From positions 529-64,528 of the forward strand of contig CAVSWO010000002.1 of the NCBI GenBank assembly GCA_963731735.1: a DNA stretch of 64,000 nucleotides, written 5' to 3'. This document shows, piece after piece, positions 10,301-19,301 of this stretch. The notes beneath the pieces were generated by a model, which was not told the origin of the DNA, did not search any database, and was given only the letters and a program-made list of their open reading frames with translations. Numbering within the stretch: position 1 is the first letter of the stretch; each line of letters begins with the position of its first letter. The DNA is from Candidatus Kerfeldbacteria bacterium. Lineage in GTDB: Bacteria > Patescibacteriota > Patescibacteriia > SBBC01 > CAIJZX01. A program made the translations under genes and the position numbers.

Positions 10301-10564
10301 TGCGTCTACCTTTCACTATTTGTAAACTCAGACTCTTCTTTTGGGCCTATATCCCGAGTCTGCGGGATTCGACGAAGATTTGAGGCGTTTGTCCGGTATA
10401 GGGGCAAACCTAGCTCGTTCTTGCCCAATGGATAGCAAGATACACGAATATGGTTACAATGTCAACCCTGAGCCCAAGCCGGGTGAGTTCTCTGCCAAAG
10501 AAAAAACGCCCCTGCTTTCGCAAAGGCGTTGGTTCAAGAAAGAGCTTACTGCCATTGATCGTAG

Positions 10565-10894
10565 CTACTTGATCGGTGCGGGTACGGGCGTCCAGGTCGC
10601 ATCTTTCATAACCATCGCCACACCGCTGCGGAGTACGATGCGGTTGCTGGACAGTACCACGGCCACATCCACGATCTTGATGTCAGGCGGCAGATGGCCA
10701 CTCCGTACCCAGCCGTTCATGGTCAGGTCGTAGATATCACCATTGTTGAACAGCACCGCGGTTCCGCCACCCATCATCACCATCGAACTGTGACTTGAAG
10801 CGGCTTCCACAGGGGTGGCAGTCCTTTCGATCAGACCGAAACCGATGGGAACGGCCACCATCAAACCGAAAGCGAAGACCAGAAGTTTCTTCAT
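10565..10894 (-). CDS. Small secreted protein, hypothetical.
   Basis: MKKLLVFAFGLMVAVPIGFG signal peptide, with a GGAG SD 7 nt upstream of the ATG. Confidence 0.55.
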   Translation of the reverse strand: MKKLLVFAFGLMVAVPIGFGLIERTATPVEAASSHSSMVMMGGGTAVLFNNGDIYDLTMNGWVRSGHLPPDIKIVDVAVVLSSNRIVLRSGVAMVMKDATWTPVPAPIK

Positions 10895-11165
10895 GATGTT
10901 CTCCTTGTCGAAAGTTATGCGACGTTTCGAAGGTACTGCTTCCAAAGAGCAACCAAGTATCCAGACAGCACAATCAGCCTATCCCACGTTTTTCGGGGAC
11001 AGCCATATGCCATCTAGCCACTGCCTAGACCCTACCAAAAATCCGTCAGTTGTCAACCCCGCGCCACAACCAACGAAGAATTGACTAAAAAAGCCAACGT
11101 ATTGCGTATCCTTGTAAATTACGACCAAAAAAGATTCCCCAGAGTTGCGGTGCGGGGTCAAGTCT

Positions 11166-11194
11166 TTTGACCAACCGCCGGTTGCCCGCTACAA
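11166..11194 (+). promoter_or_regulatory. Promoter TTGACC-N17-TACAAT. The -10 ends 8 nt before the ATG, so the kinase mRNA is likely leaderless.
   Basis: TTGACCaaccgccggttgcccgcTACAAT followed by actcccATG. Confidence 0.55.
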
Positions 11195-11201
11195 TACTCC
11201 C

Positions 11202-11852
11202 ATGTTCATCGGGGTGGTTGGTTGTATGGGGGTCGGGAAATCGAGACTGACCGAGGCTCTGGCTCAGCGGCTTGGGTATCGGGCGTTCTACGAACCGGTC
11301 AAGGAAAATCCGTATTTGGATGATTTTTATGCCGACCCAAAACGCTGGGCGGTGTTGATGCAGTTCTTTATGCTGACCCGGCGGTTTCATCAGCACCTAG
11401 AAGTCCGGGAATTACAAGACAAAGATATCGGGATCGTTCAGGATCAGATAATTTTTGGCGATGTCCTATACGCCACCCTCAATCACCATCAAGGTAATAT
11501 TGATAGGCGTGATTTTGAAAATTATAAAACCCATTTTGAGGCGCTGCGTCCCCTGTTGACTTTGCCGGACGTGATCATCCACCTTGAAACATCGGTCGAT
11601 CAAGTGCTCGACCGGATTCGCGAACGCGGCCGTGCCAGCGAGCAGGCCATCAGCCGAGACTATCTCCAGGCGCTGACCGATCTGTTTGATAGCTGGGTCA
11701 GTTCAGTCGAAGACCAGACAACCGTCCTGCGATTGGATTGGACGAAGTATCAACCGGTTGATGAAGTGGTGCGAACAATCGAAGACCGCTTGCAGGTGCA
11801 GTTACCGATTCCGGTTACGACCCCGCCGAATGCTTCCCCAGCCCCGGCTTGA
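11202..11852 (+). CDS. Deoxynucleoside kinase (dAK/dGK family).
   Basis: P-loop GVVGCMGVGKS, YEPV, and the overall dNK motif order. 216 aa. Confidence 0.8.
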   Translation: MFIGVVGCMGVGKSRLTEALAQRLGYRAFYEPVKENPYLDDFYADPKRWAVLMQFFMLTRRFHQHLEVRELQDKDIGIVQDQIIFGDVLYATLNHHQGNIDRRDFENYKTHFEALRPLLTLPDVIIHLETSVDQVLDRIRERGRASEQAISRDYLQALTDLFDSWVSSVEDQTTVLRLDWTKYQPVDEVVRTIEDRLQVQLPIPVTTPPNASPAPA

Positions 11853-12363
11853 ATCGGATTGGGTTGTTTCGGTCATGTGCCCAGTTGATTGGGTTGAGAC
11901 GAATGTACTCACGAACACGCATTACATCCGATATAGATCTGAGTACGCGTTCATGAAAGGAACGTTGCCAGAGGGAGGCCCCCTGAGTGTTTCTCAGGAT
12001 ATTCACTCGAGCAGCTGCAAAGGTTTTGAATCCCCGAACAATTTCCGTCAATGGATTTTGTTTCACCTGATCGGCCCGCAGGTGGGGGTTTAAACCCCCA
12101 CCTGCGATAGAGGATGGCGCCTGAATAACAATTATTCCATGTACATGGTTTGGCATCAGGACCCAAGCATCGAGCGAACAATGATAGTGCTTTGGCAGAT
12201 CAAGCCAAACGCTCTGCACGGCCAGACCAAACTGGTTGATCAACATTCGTTGATTTTTTATCGATCCAAATAGTAGACGCTTATCTCTCGTGCAGAGAGT
12301 AACGAAATAATATCCTGGTTGTGTATAATCGTAGCCGGGTAAACGCAAAATAGGCCCTCGCAA
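11815..12363 (-). mobile_element. REP-associated tyrosine transposase (RAYT, IS200/IS605-like HUH Y1 transposase).
   Basis: LPGYDYTQPGYYFVTLCT, the HUH motif PNHVHGII and the catalytic Tyr region RVREYIRLNP. Lower GC than its surroundings. Confidence 0.75.
12077..12106. repeat. 30-bp perfect palindrome CGCAGGTGGGGGTTTAAACCCCCACCTGCG (PmeI site at the centre) embedded in the RAYT coding frame.
   Basis: Read directly; it encodes IAGGGLNPHLRA on the minus strand. Confidence 0.9.
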
Positions 12364-12416
12364 GCCACGTGCTCACCATACCAGGTTCCCAGAAGTTTAC
12401 AAGATTTCGATTTCCC

Positions 12417-13484
12417 TTACCGCTTCCCCAGCGCCTGCTTGAGATAATCGACGGTTGGAATTGGGGCCGGATTGAGCCCGCGCAGGGCGGAAAGATACCA
12501 ACTCACGTAACCCCCAAAGGTTAAGAGATCAATCGCCTTCTCCATGGTGTTTTGACCGTGCGGACGGAAGGTCGAAACGCTTAAGCCATTATTTTTCAAA
12601 ATTTTGGCAGTCAACAGCAACCGTCGTTGATTCCGCGGATGATAGGTAGCATCCAGCACCAGCAGAGCATGCATTTGACGAGTCAGGCGCCGATTGCGCA
12701 ACCCTTCGAGCAAATGATGGTTCAAATCCGGAATCAGAAACCAACTGGCCGGGGTTTTGGCATTTTCGTTAATTTGATTGTGCCAGGTATGCAGATTTCC
12801 GGCTGTCCATTCCGCCCCGATCAGCAATGGCCACTTCTTAGCAAACTTCTGGGCGAGTTGCTTGGCCAGATTATCATGACGCGAACGCGAAAAATGATAT
12901 TGCGCGGTTGCGGATCGCGCGCGTTTGATCCACGTCTCAACTTCCCGATCAGGATTCTTGATCCACTGCATTTTCCAGGCCAAGGCCACCAAGGCCATCA
13001 AATTATATCCCACCCCGAGCCGCGGTTGGCCGGATGGGTTGGCACTGGGAACAAATTGCCAGCTGGGAAGCTGGTCCGAGGCGGCCGCCTTCGCGAGCTG
13101 GCCTCCGCTCGTGATCACCACCACCCGCGCTTTACGACGAAGCGCGGCTTTCAGGCAGGTCAGGGTTTCTTCCGTGCTGCCAGAATAACTCGAGGCAATC
13201 ACCAGGGTCTGCCGATCAACCCAAGCCGGAAGTGTATAGTCGGCGATGATCGCGACCGGAACCGGAATTCGATCAGCCCAAACCGAACGAAGAATATCTG
13301 CTCCCAGATGTGATCCCCCCATTCCGCACACCGCGACTTTGGTAATTTTTCGAAAGTCCGCTGGCAGGGTAACCGGTTTGGCCTGGTGCCAGCCGTCGTG
13401 AAGTTGCTCTGAAAATAAATCAAGCGCCGCGCCGACTTTGCCAGGATCGCGTTTGAGCAACGGAAAAGTGTCGAGGGTAGGCAT
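12417..13484 (-). CDS. Bifunctional phosphoglucose/phosphomannose isomerase (SIS-domain PGI/PMI).
   Basis: VAVCGMGGSHLGADIL and SYSGSTEETL SIS motifs. Start taken at MPTLDTF. Confidence 0.8.
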   Translation of the reverse strand: MPTLDTFPLLKRDPGKVGAALDLFSEQLHDGWHQAKPVTLPADFRKITKVAVCGMGGSHLGADILRSVWADRIPVPVAIIADYTLPAWVDRQTLVIASSYSGSTEETLTCLKAALRRKARVVVITSGGQLAKAAASDQLPSWQFVPSANPSGQPRLGVGYNLMALVALAWKMQWIKNPDREVETWIKRARSATAQYHFSRSRHDNLAKQLAQKFAKKWPLLIGAEWTAGNLHTWHNQINENAKTPASWFLIPDLNHHLLEGLRNRRLTRQMHALLVLDATYHPRNQRRLLLTAKILKNNGLSVSTFRPHGQNTMEKAIDLLTFGGYVSWYLSALRGLNPAPIPTVDYLKQALGKR

Positions 13485-13488
13485 AGAA

Positions 13489-14178
13489 TTAGCTGATTTT
13501 TGGTGGAACAAGATGGTGTTTGATCCAGGGCCAAATGGCGGCCACCACAATCAGGAGTACCAGGATTGGCAGCAGGACTGTCCCCCAACTCCAACCGGCC
13601 CAAATCTGCGTGAACCACCAGCGACGTGGGTACGTTAACCAAGCCGCGACCGGATCAATCTGACGTGGAACTACGCGGAGCTGATATCGCCCCGGGGTGC
13701 TTGAGGCCGTGTAGACGGCCGCGTAGTAATCACCGTCGGCCGGTAAACGTAACTCTTTGGCCACCAATTGTTTGGCGCCGCTTTGCGTCAGCCAGGAAAA
13801 TACTTTGGTCGGATTCATGCCCGGATAGATGGTGGCCAAGGTGTTCGCCGGTTGTTCAATCGGGAGCACCGGTCCGGCCGTGATCGAATCTGGAGAAAAC
13901 ACCACCAGCCGCGGGGCGAATTTCTCGGCCGTGGAATTTGGCACTTCCAAATAAATTCGAAGATGCTGATCGGCTTGGCCAGTCCAGTGATAGACTCGGC
14001 TATCGCCGTCGCCTTGCAGGACGCCGAAACGAACCTGTTCCTGTTTGGACAAGTCGAGTGGCAAAGCCGTTTGCCAAGCGTTATGTCCGCGATCGACCCG
14101 GACCACGGCGGCCTGGGTCGCCAATGGCCACGTCAGGCCCAAAATCGCGAAAGCGAGAATCCAAGGTCGAACAAGCAT
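13489..14178 (-). CDS. Secreted protein with a C-terminal membrane anchor, hypothetical.
   Basis: Signal peptide MLVRPWILAFAILGLTWPLATQA and a C-terminal hydrophobic stretch. Confidence 0.5.
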   Translation of the reverse strand: MLVRPWILAFAILGLTWPLATQAAVVRVDRGHNAWQTALPLDLSKQEQVRFGVLQGDGDSRVYHWTGQADQHLRIYLEVPNSTAEKFAPRLVVFSPDSITAGPVLPIEQPANTLATIYPGMNPTKVFSWLTQSGAKQLVAKELRLPADGDYYAAVYTASSTPGRYQLRVVPRQIDPVAAWLTYPRRWWFTQIWAGWSWGTVLLPILVLLIVVAAIWPWIKHHLVPPKIS

Positions 14179-14210
14179 AGTCCTAGTGTAACGCAGCTGG
14201 CATGTTTTGA

Positions 14211-14726
14211 CTATTCCGCCACCGGAGTCCCGGCCCCCAGAGCCGATGTCTCCTCCGGACTGAGTCCCTTGGTCAACAACCGACTGCCGAAGCAGGCCCG
14301 GGTATCGTAACGCCCATCCGACCGGGCATGCAGAAACAATAGGTAACGACCCTGGCCACTGGCAAAATGCAATTCCCCTTCCGTATATTTTTTTGTGTCC
14401 GCGCCGGTCTGATCGGCCAAGGCGGCGATCCGGGGACTTGGCGTGGTCAAGCGGCCGCGATACAGGCGATCCGGCGCAATGATAACATCCGCCCCCGTCG
14501 CAGCCGGCAGGACCGCAAAAACCGATCCGGTGAGGACCAGGTCAGCGGCCGTGAGTTGATCCTGAATATCGGCCGTCGCGCATGATTGTCCATTGACCGT
14601 CACCGAAGTTGATCGGCCCCATACCCACCAGCCCCCAGCCAGCAACACAAGTGCCAACCCCAGCACCCCCAGCGCGAAGCGTCCGTTGGTGGCCGGGGGG
14701 TTAGTGTGGCGATTTCGGATCGGCAT
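14211..14726 (-). CDS. Membrane-anchored hypothetical protein.
   Basis: One TM (FALGVLGLALVLLAGGWWVW); co-oriented with its neighbours. Confidence 0.45.
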   Translation of the reverse strand: MPIRNRHTNPPATNGRFALGVLGLALVLLAGGWWVWGRSTSVTVNGQSCATADIQDQLTAADLVLTGSVFAVLPAATGADVIIAPDRLYRGRLTTPSPRIAALADQTGADTKKYTEGELHFASGQGRYLLFLHARSDGRYDTRACFGSRLLTKGLSPEETSALGAGTPVAE

Positions 14727-16212
14727 ACCGTTCAACCATCCGACCAAGTTGCTTGGCCAGTCTGCGAGTCAGCTGGTGCTTCGGCACCCGCCACGACCAA
14801 TTACCACGAATCGTGCCCGGACGATTCAGGCGGGCGGACGATCCCAAACCTAAGACATCTTGGATGGACACCATCGCCACCCCGGCTTGACTCTTATAGA
14901 CCGCCTCAATGCAACGCCAGTTCAACCGGCTGGTCGAGCCAAAATAGTCCTTGATGCGTTGCCGCTGCTTGTGGGTGGCCTCATCGCGCCACCAGCCCAT
15001 GACCGTGTTGGTATCATGCGTCGAGGTGTAATAATGAAAATCCGGCTGAACCGCTGTCGGGTGATGAATATTGTTATGCATCCAAACCCAGCCGAATAGG
15101 AAGACTCGCATGCCGTTGAGTCCATATTGCTGTCGCAGGCGTTCGGCGTTGGGGCTATACAACCCCAGATCCTCCACCATGAACGGCAGCTTCGGCCAGC
15201 GGCGTTTGATGCGCTGGAGAATTGCGTTGCTCGGGGTATTGACCCAGTGTCCGCTGCGCCCGTCTTTGGCCCGAATCGGAATCCACCAGGTATGGTCATA
15301 GCCGCGGAAATGATCTATCCGTAAAATATCGTAATGCTTGAGTGATTCGCGGATGCGCTGCAGCCACCAAGCGAAGCCTTCGTGCTGATGGGTCGGCCAC
15401 CGATAAACCGGGTTGCCCCATTTTTGTCCGGTGCTCGAAAAAATATCGGGCGGCACGCCGGCCACATATTTCCGGGTGTGATCCTTGGAGATCATAAAGT
15501 GCCGACGGTGGCTCCAAACCTCAACGCTCTCAAGCGGCGGATAAAACGGCAAATCGCCCATGATTTGAATTCCCTGTTTGTGGGCGTAAGTTTTCAGATC
15601 TTGCCATTGCATAAAAAACACCCACTGCATATAGGCATAAAATTTTTGCCGGTGCAGAATTTTTGGCGTTACGACTTTCATGGCCCGGGCTGGGGTGTGA
15701 TAGGCTTTCGGCCATTCGTACCAGCGGTGGTTTCGAAACGTTTGTTTCAGGGCCGCGTACAAACTGTAATTGGCCAGCCATTCGCCCTCGGCCTTCACCC
15801 AACGTGCAAAGGCTCGTCGGTCGGTCGGTCGGCCTTTGGCTTCAAACCACTCAAAGGCCTCGAATAATTCGCTTCGTTTCTGGCGCGTTAATTTTTTGTG
15901 CTGGATTGGCTGGTGACCATAGCGTTGTTTGAGGACAGGGTGATGCGGTAACAAACCTCGGGCCACCATGTGTTCAAAACTGATCAGACGCCAGTTACCA
16001 GCCAAGCTCGAGAGCGACGCATACGGCGAACCGACGTGATCGGGTAAAGTGATCGGCAGGACTTGCCAAAAACGCTGTCCGGCCGCCGCCAGCCAATCAA
16101 CAAAGTCATAGGCCACCGGTCCCAGATCGCCAATCCCGGACCGACCAGGCAGCGAGCGGATGGCGCAAAAGACACCGGCTGAACGTTTCATTTTGGGGTG
16201 GGATTTAGACAT
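14701..16212 (-). CDS. malQ: 4-alpha-glucanotransferase (amylomaltase, GH77), copy 1.
   Basis: GVFCAIRSLPGRSGIGDLGP...YASLSSLAGN is the GH77 N-terminus; DHFRGY catalytic region. 503 aa. Confidence 0.9.
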   Translation of the reverse strand: MSKSHPKMKRSAGVFCAIRSLPGRSGIGDLGPVAYDFVDWLAAAGQRFWQVLPITLPDHVGSPYASLSSLAGNWRLISFEHMVARGLLPHHPVLKQRYGHQPIQHKKLTRQKRSELFEAFEWFEAKGRPTDRRAFARWVKAEGEWLANYSLYAALKQTFRNHRWYEWPKAYHTPARAMKVVTPKILHRQKFYAYMQWVFFMQWQDLKTYAHKQGIQIMGDLPFYPPLESVEVWSHRRHFMISKDHTRKYVAGVPPDIFSSTGQKWGNPVYRWPTHQHEGFAWWLQRIRESLKHYDILRIDHFRGYDHTWWIPIRAKDGRSGHWVNTPSNAILQRIKRRWPKLPFMVEDLGLYSPNAERLRQQYGLNGMRVFLFGWVWMHNNIHHPTAVQPDFHYYTSTHDTNTVMGWWRDEATHKQRQRIKDYFGSTSRLNWRCIEAVYKSQAGVAMVSIQDVLGLGSSARLNRPGTIRGNWSWRVPKHQLTRRLAKQLGRMVERYADPKSPH

Positions 16213-17701
16213 CGGTCGTCGTCAGTTTTCGTAAACGTCGAGCGAGGGCTGGTGTACAGGCCTTGACCGGTAATCGCCAGGACCAATTCCGTTCAATCGT
16301 GCCGGGCAGATTCATCCGGTCGCGCGTCCCGCGACCGAGCAGGTCTTGGATTTGGATCATGGCCGCGAAACCGCGGCTGCGGTAGACCGCCTCAATCAGC
16401 GCCCAGTGCATACTCCGATGCGGCGGTAAGAAGGCCTTGACCCGCTGCCGTTCGGCCGCGGTGGCTTCATCACGCCACCAGCCCATGATGGTGTTGGAGT
16501 CGTGGGTCGAGGTATAAAAGTAATAATCAGCGGTGACCCGCGCCGGTTGATGTATGTTCGTCTGCGGCCAACGCCAGCCAAATTGGAAGACGCGCATCCC
16601 GCGTAATTTGTAAGCGGCGCGAATCAAGTCGGTTTTTTTTGAGTAGAGTCCCAGATCTTCGACCAGGAACGGACGGGCTGGCCAGCGGCGGACTAAACCC
16701 GCTAGCAGGGTTTTCCAGGGCGTCCTGACCCAATGGCCGGCCCGGCCATCAGTCGCTTTGGCTGGGATCCACCAGGTGTGTTCATAGCCGCGAAAATGGT
16801 CGATGCGGAGCACATCGTATAATCGCAGCGCTTGTCGGATGCGGCCATACCACCAGGCAAAGTCAGTCCGACGATGGGCTGGCCAATCAAAAACCGGATA
16901 GCCCCATTTTTGACCGAGGTCGGTAAATAATCCCGGCGGGACCCCGGCCACAAAAATTGGACGGCCGCGGTAATCAACTTTGAATAATTCCGGATGGGCC
17001 CATACGTCGACACTGTCGTGCCGGACGTAAAACGGCAGGTCACCGATCACCCGTAAACCCTGACGGTTGGCGTAGCGTTTCAGTTCCCCCCACTGCTGGA
17101 AAAATATCCACTGCATATAGGCGAAGAAGTCTTGGCGCCGGCGCAATTCGACCGACAACGAGCGTTGGGCGGAAACCGGATTTTGATAGCGCGGCGGCCA
17201 ATCGCCCCACTGGCGCCCTTGGTGGGCTTCTTCTAAGACCGCGTAGGTGGTGTATGGCGCCAACCAGCCGCGTTCGGCCTGACGCCAGCGTTCAAAGGCG
17301 CGGTGTTGGGCCGAAGTTCCGCCGGCTTGGAAATATTCGAACGAACGCTCCAGCAGTTTTTTCTTGGTTCGCTCGACGGCATCGTGATGAATGCGAGTAC
17401 TTTGGAGCCGGCCCGGCCGCCAAGCGGACCGCGGTAACAATTGCTTTCGGACCAGGAGTTCCGGACTAATTAATTTCCAGTCCCCGGCTCGGCTGGACGA
17501 CGAGGCGTACGGCGAACCGAAGGCATCCGGTAGCGTCAGCGGTAAAATTTGCCAGTAGCTTTGCCCGGCGGCGGCTAGCCAGTCAACAAATTGATAGGCG
17601 GATGGACCAAAGTCACCAATCCCGCCGCGGCTTGGCAACGAGCTGACCGCGCAAAATATCCCGGCTCGGCGCCGTCGGTTTGAACGTCGGATCTTAGGCA
17701 T
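16205..17701 (-). CDS. malQ: 4-alpha-glucanotransferase (GH77), copy 2, a diverged tandem paralog.
   Basis: GIFCAVSSLPSRGGIGDFGP... and DHFRGYEHTWWIP. 498 aa. Confidence 0.9.
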   Translation of the reverse strand: MPKIRRSNRRRRAGIFCAVSSLPSRGGIGDFGPSAYQFVDWLAAAGQSYWQILPLTLPDAFGSPYASSSSRAGDWKLISPELLVRKQLLPRSAWRPGRLQSTRIHHDAVERTKKKLLERSFEYFQAGGTSAQHRAFERWRQAERGWLAPYTTYAVLEEAHQGRQWGDWPPRYQNPVSAQRSLSVELRRRQDFFAYMQWIFFQQWGELKRYANRQGLRVIGDLPFYVRHDSVDVWAHPELFKVDYRGRPIFVAGVPPGLFTDLGQKWGYPVFDWPAHRRTDFAWWYGRIRQALRLYDVLRIDHFRGYEHTWWIPAKATDGRAGHWVRTPWKTLLAGLVRRWPARPFLVEDLGLYSKKTDLIRAAYKLRGMRVFQFGWRWPQTNIHQPARVTADYYFYTSTHDSNTIMGWWRDEATAAERQRVKAFLPPHRSMHWALIEAVYRSRGFAAMIQIQDLLGRGTRDRMNLPGTIERNWSWRLPVKACTPALARRLRKLTTTDV

Positions 17702-18473
17702 TGGCGATCGTGGTCAGATACTGGCAAAAGGGACATTCAGGTCCCGGTTCAGGTAGCGGTCCGGCCAGCAGCGTAATCGCTTGGTGAATCACCTCAGGCA
17801 CCCGGGCCGGATTTGTTTTGAGTGTTTTGACGGTTACCTGCATCGGAAAACCTTGATCAAGCCGATCCCCAAAGTCCGGAAAGAAATAGATCAGGTGGCC
17901 GATCCCGCTGACCGGTTTCCGGTTCTGTTCAAGCAACCAACTATAACTATCCAACTGAAACTGGTAGGCCGGAATCAGCGGTCGCGTGGTTGGGTCCGAG
18001 GAAGCGGTTTTATGGTCAACGGGCGTATAGGTTCCGTCCTCGCGAACCAAGCATTCATCCAACTTTCCATAAAATCCGTACTGATCATTTATGCTGGCGA
18101 AATATTTTTCCTGAAACGGACGTTCCAGCCGGCCGACCACCTGCCCTTCAATCAGTGGCGGTAGAGTTCCCAGCTGACGATATTGATCGAAGTAGTGTTT
18201 AATCACGATATCAAAACGATTGGCCAAACGCGAAACAATACCTTCCGGCTGGCGGATGCCCTGGTTATACTGTCGCCAAAAACAGCGCGGACAGCGTCGC
18301 ATATTTTCCAGGCCGGTGGCCGATAGCCAGCGTTTCTTTTTACCGGGCGTCCAGCGACGGCCGGGGGTGGCGGCTGGTGACGGCGGTTTAGCGGCTGGCT
18401 GCCTCGTCCGTTTCTGACGGGTTGGAAACAGTGATCCTTGACGACTGGATGAACTTCGTGAAGCGCGCGGCAT
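17694..18473 (-). CDS. PD-(D/E)XK nuclease-superfamily protein (Cas4/RecB-like) with 4 Cys and a Lys/Arg/Ser-rich N-terminus.
   Basis: CPRCFW near the N-terminus, GKLDECLV...VDHKTA (D...DxK) and a C-terminal CPFCQY. Start taken at the internal MPRASRSSS; the upstream extension is low-complexity. Confidence 0.5.
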   Translation of the reverse strand: MPRASRSSSSRQGSLFPTRQKRTRQPAAKPPSPAATPGRRWTPGKKKRWLSATGLENMRRCPRCFWRQYNQGIRQPEGIVSRLANRFDIVIKHYFDQYRQLGTLPPLIEGQVVGRLERPFQEKYFASINDQYGFYGKLDECLVREDGTYTPVDHKTASSDPTTRPLIPAYQFQLDSYSWLLEQNRKPVSGIGHLIYFFPDFGDRLDQGFPMQVTVKTLKTNPARVPEVIHQAITLLAGPLPEPGPECPFCQYLTTIANA

Positions 18474-18478
18474 AATAC

Positions 18479-19012
18479 TTAGCGTTGAACGATCCGTCCG
18501 ACAATCACGCCAATCAAGATCGCGGCGCCGCCCAGAAAAAACATCTTGGCCGCGCTGACCCAGCGGTTGACATGAAATCGTCGCCCGCTTTCGTAGCCCA
18601 GCAGAAACAGGGACACCAGCGAGGCCCCAATCGACCACCAAAAAGCCGTCTGCACACTCAACCACAAATAGGGTGCTAAGGGTACGAGACCCAAAATAAA
18701 GTACGAAAAGAACATAATCGTGCCGGCTCGCACGGCCATGCCGACCGGCGCTTCACTCCGGGTCAGGTATTCTTCGGCCGAATTTTCCGAGAGAAAATCA
18801 CCGACCGCCATTGATAAGGCTTCCACAAAGATTAAAATAATCCCGGCCACCACAATATCGGCTTTGGCTACCCCGGCGACCGCCACGCCGGACAATAAAC
18901 CCACCGTTGAAACCAAGCTGTCTTCGCTGCCAAATATAAAGCTTTTGACGTACAGGGCGTTCGAATACTGTTGGCTATGACCGTTAGGCGTGGGGTCGGT
19001 GATCGCTGACAT
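18479..19012 (-). CDS. VIT1/CCC1-family (vacuolar iron transporter-like) membrane protein.
   Basis: FGSEDSLVSTVGLLSGVA matches the VIT signature. 177 aa. Confidence 0.75.
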   Translation of the reverse strand: MSAITDPTPNGHSQQYSNALYVKSFIFGSEDSLVSTVGLLSGVAVAGVAKADIVVAGIILIFVEALSMAVGDFLSENSAEEYLTRSEAPVGMAVRAGTIMFFSYFILGLVPLAPYLWLSVQTAFWWSIGASLVSLFLLGYESGRRFHVNRWVSAAKMFFLGGAAILIGVIVGRIVQR

Positions 19013-19301
19013 GATTTAAGAAATTTGGCTCATCAAAGACCGGGCGAAAATACAGTAAGTCGTAATTGTGCTGGGTCAGGACTTCCGTTATACCATCCCG
19101 CAAGTGCCGCGGAATGGCCGTAATATACCCGCGCACAAGCGAATCTTCATCAACCTCTGATTTTCCGAGCTTATGGGCTTGGGATTCGGTTGAAGCTTTA
19201 ACCAAATCGGCGGACACGTATTTTTTATAGTTCATCGGGGTGTCGCCGATTAGGGCGTGCAGTTTTTCACGCATATCAGGCGACCAAAACATGGCAATCA
19301 T
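18984..19301 (-). CDS. Hypothetical protein.
   Basis: 105-aa ORF, co-oriented with its neighbours; no recognisable motif. Confidence 0.3.
   Translation of the reverse strand: MIAMFWSPDMREKLHALIGDTPMNYKKYVSADLVKASTESQAHKLGKSEVDEDSLVRGYITAIPRHLRDGITEVLTQHNYDLLYFRPVFDEPNFLNHVSDHRPHA

Noticed and set aside
10341-10733. 130-aa plus-strand ORF between the zinc-ribbon gene and the secreted small protein.
   Set aside because: Overlaps the better-supported minus-strand signal-peptide gene, has no SD, and its composition is atypical.
12627-13313. 228-aa plus-strand ORF inside the PGI/PMI gene.
   Set aside because: Antisense to a well-supported SIS-domain gene; no motifs.
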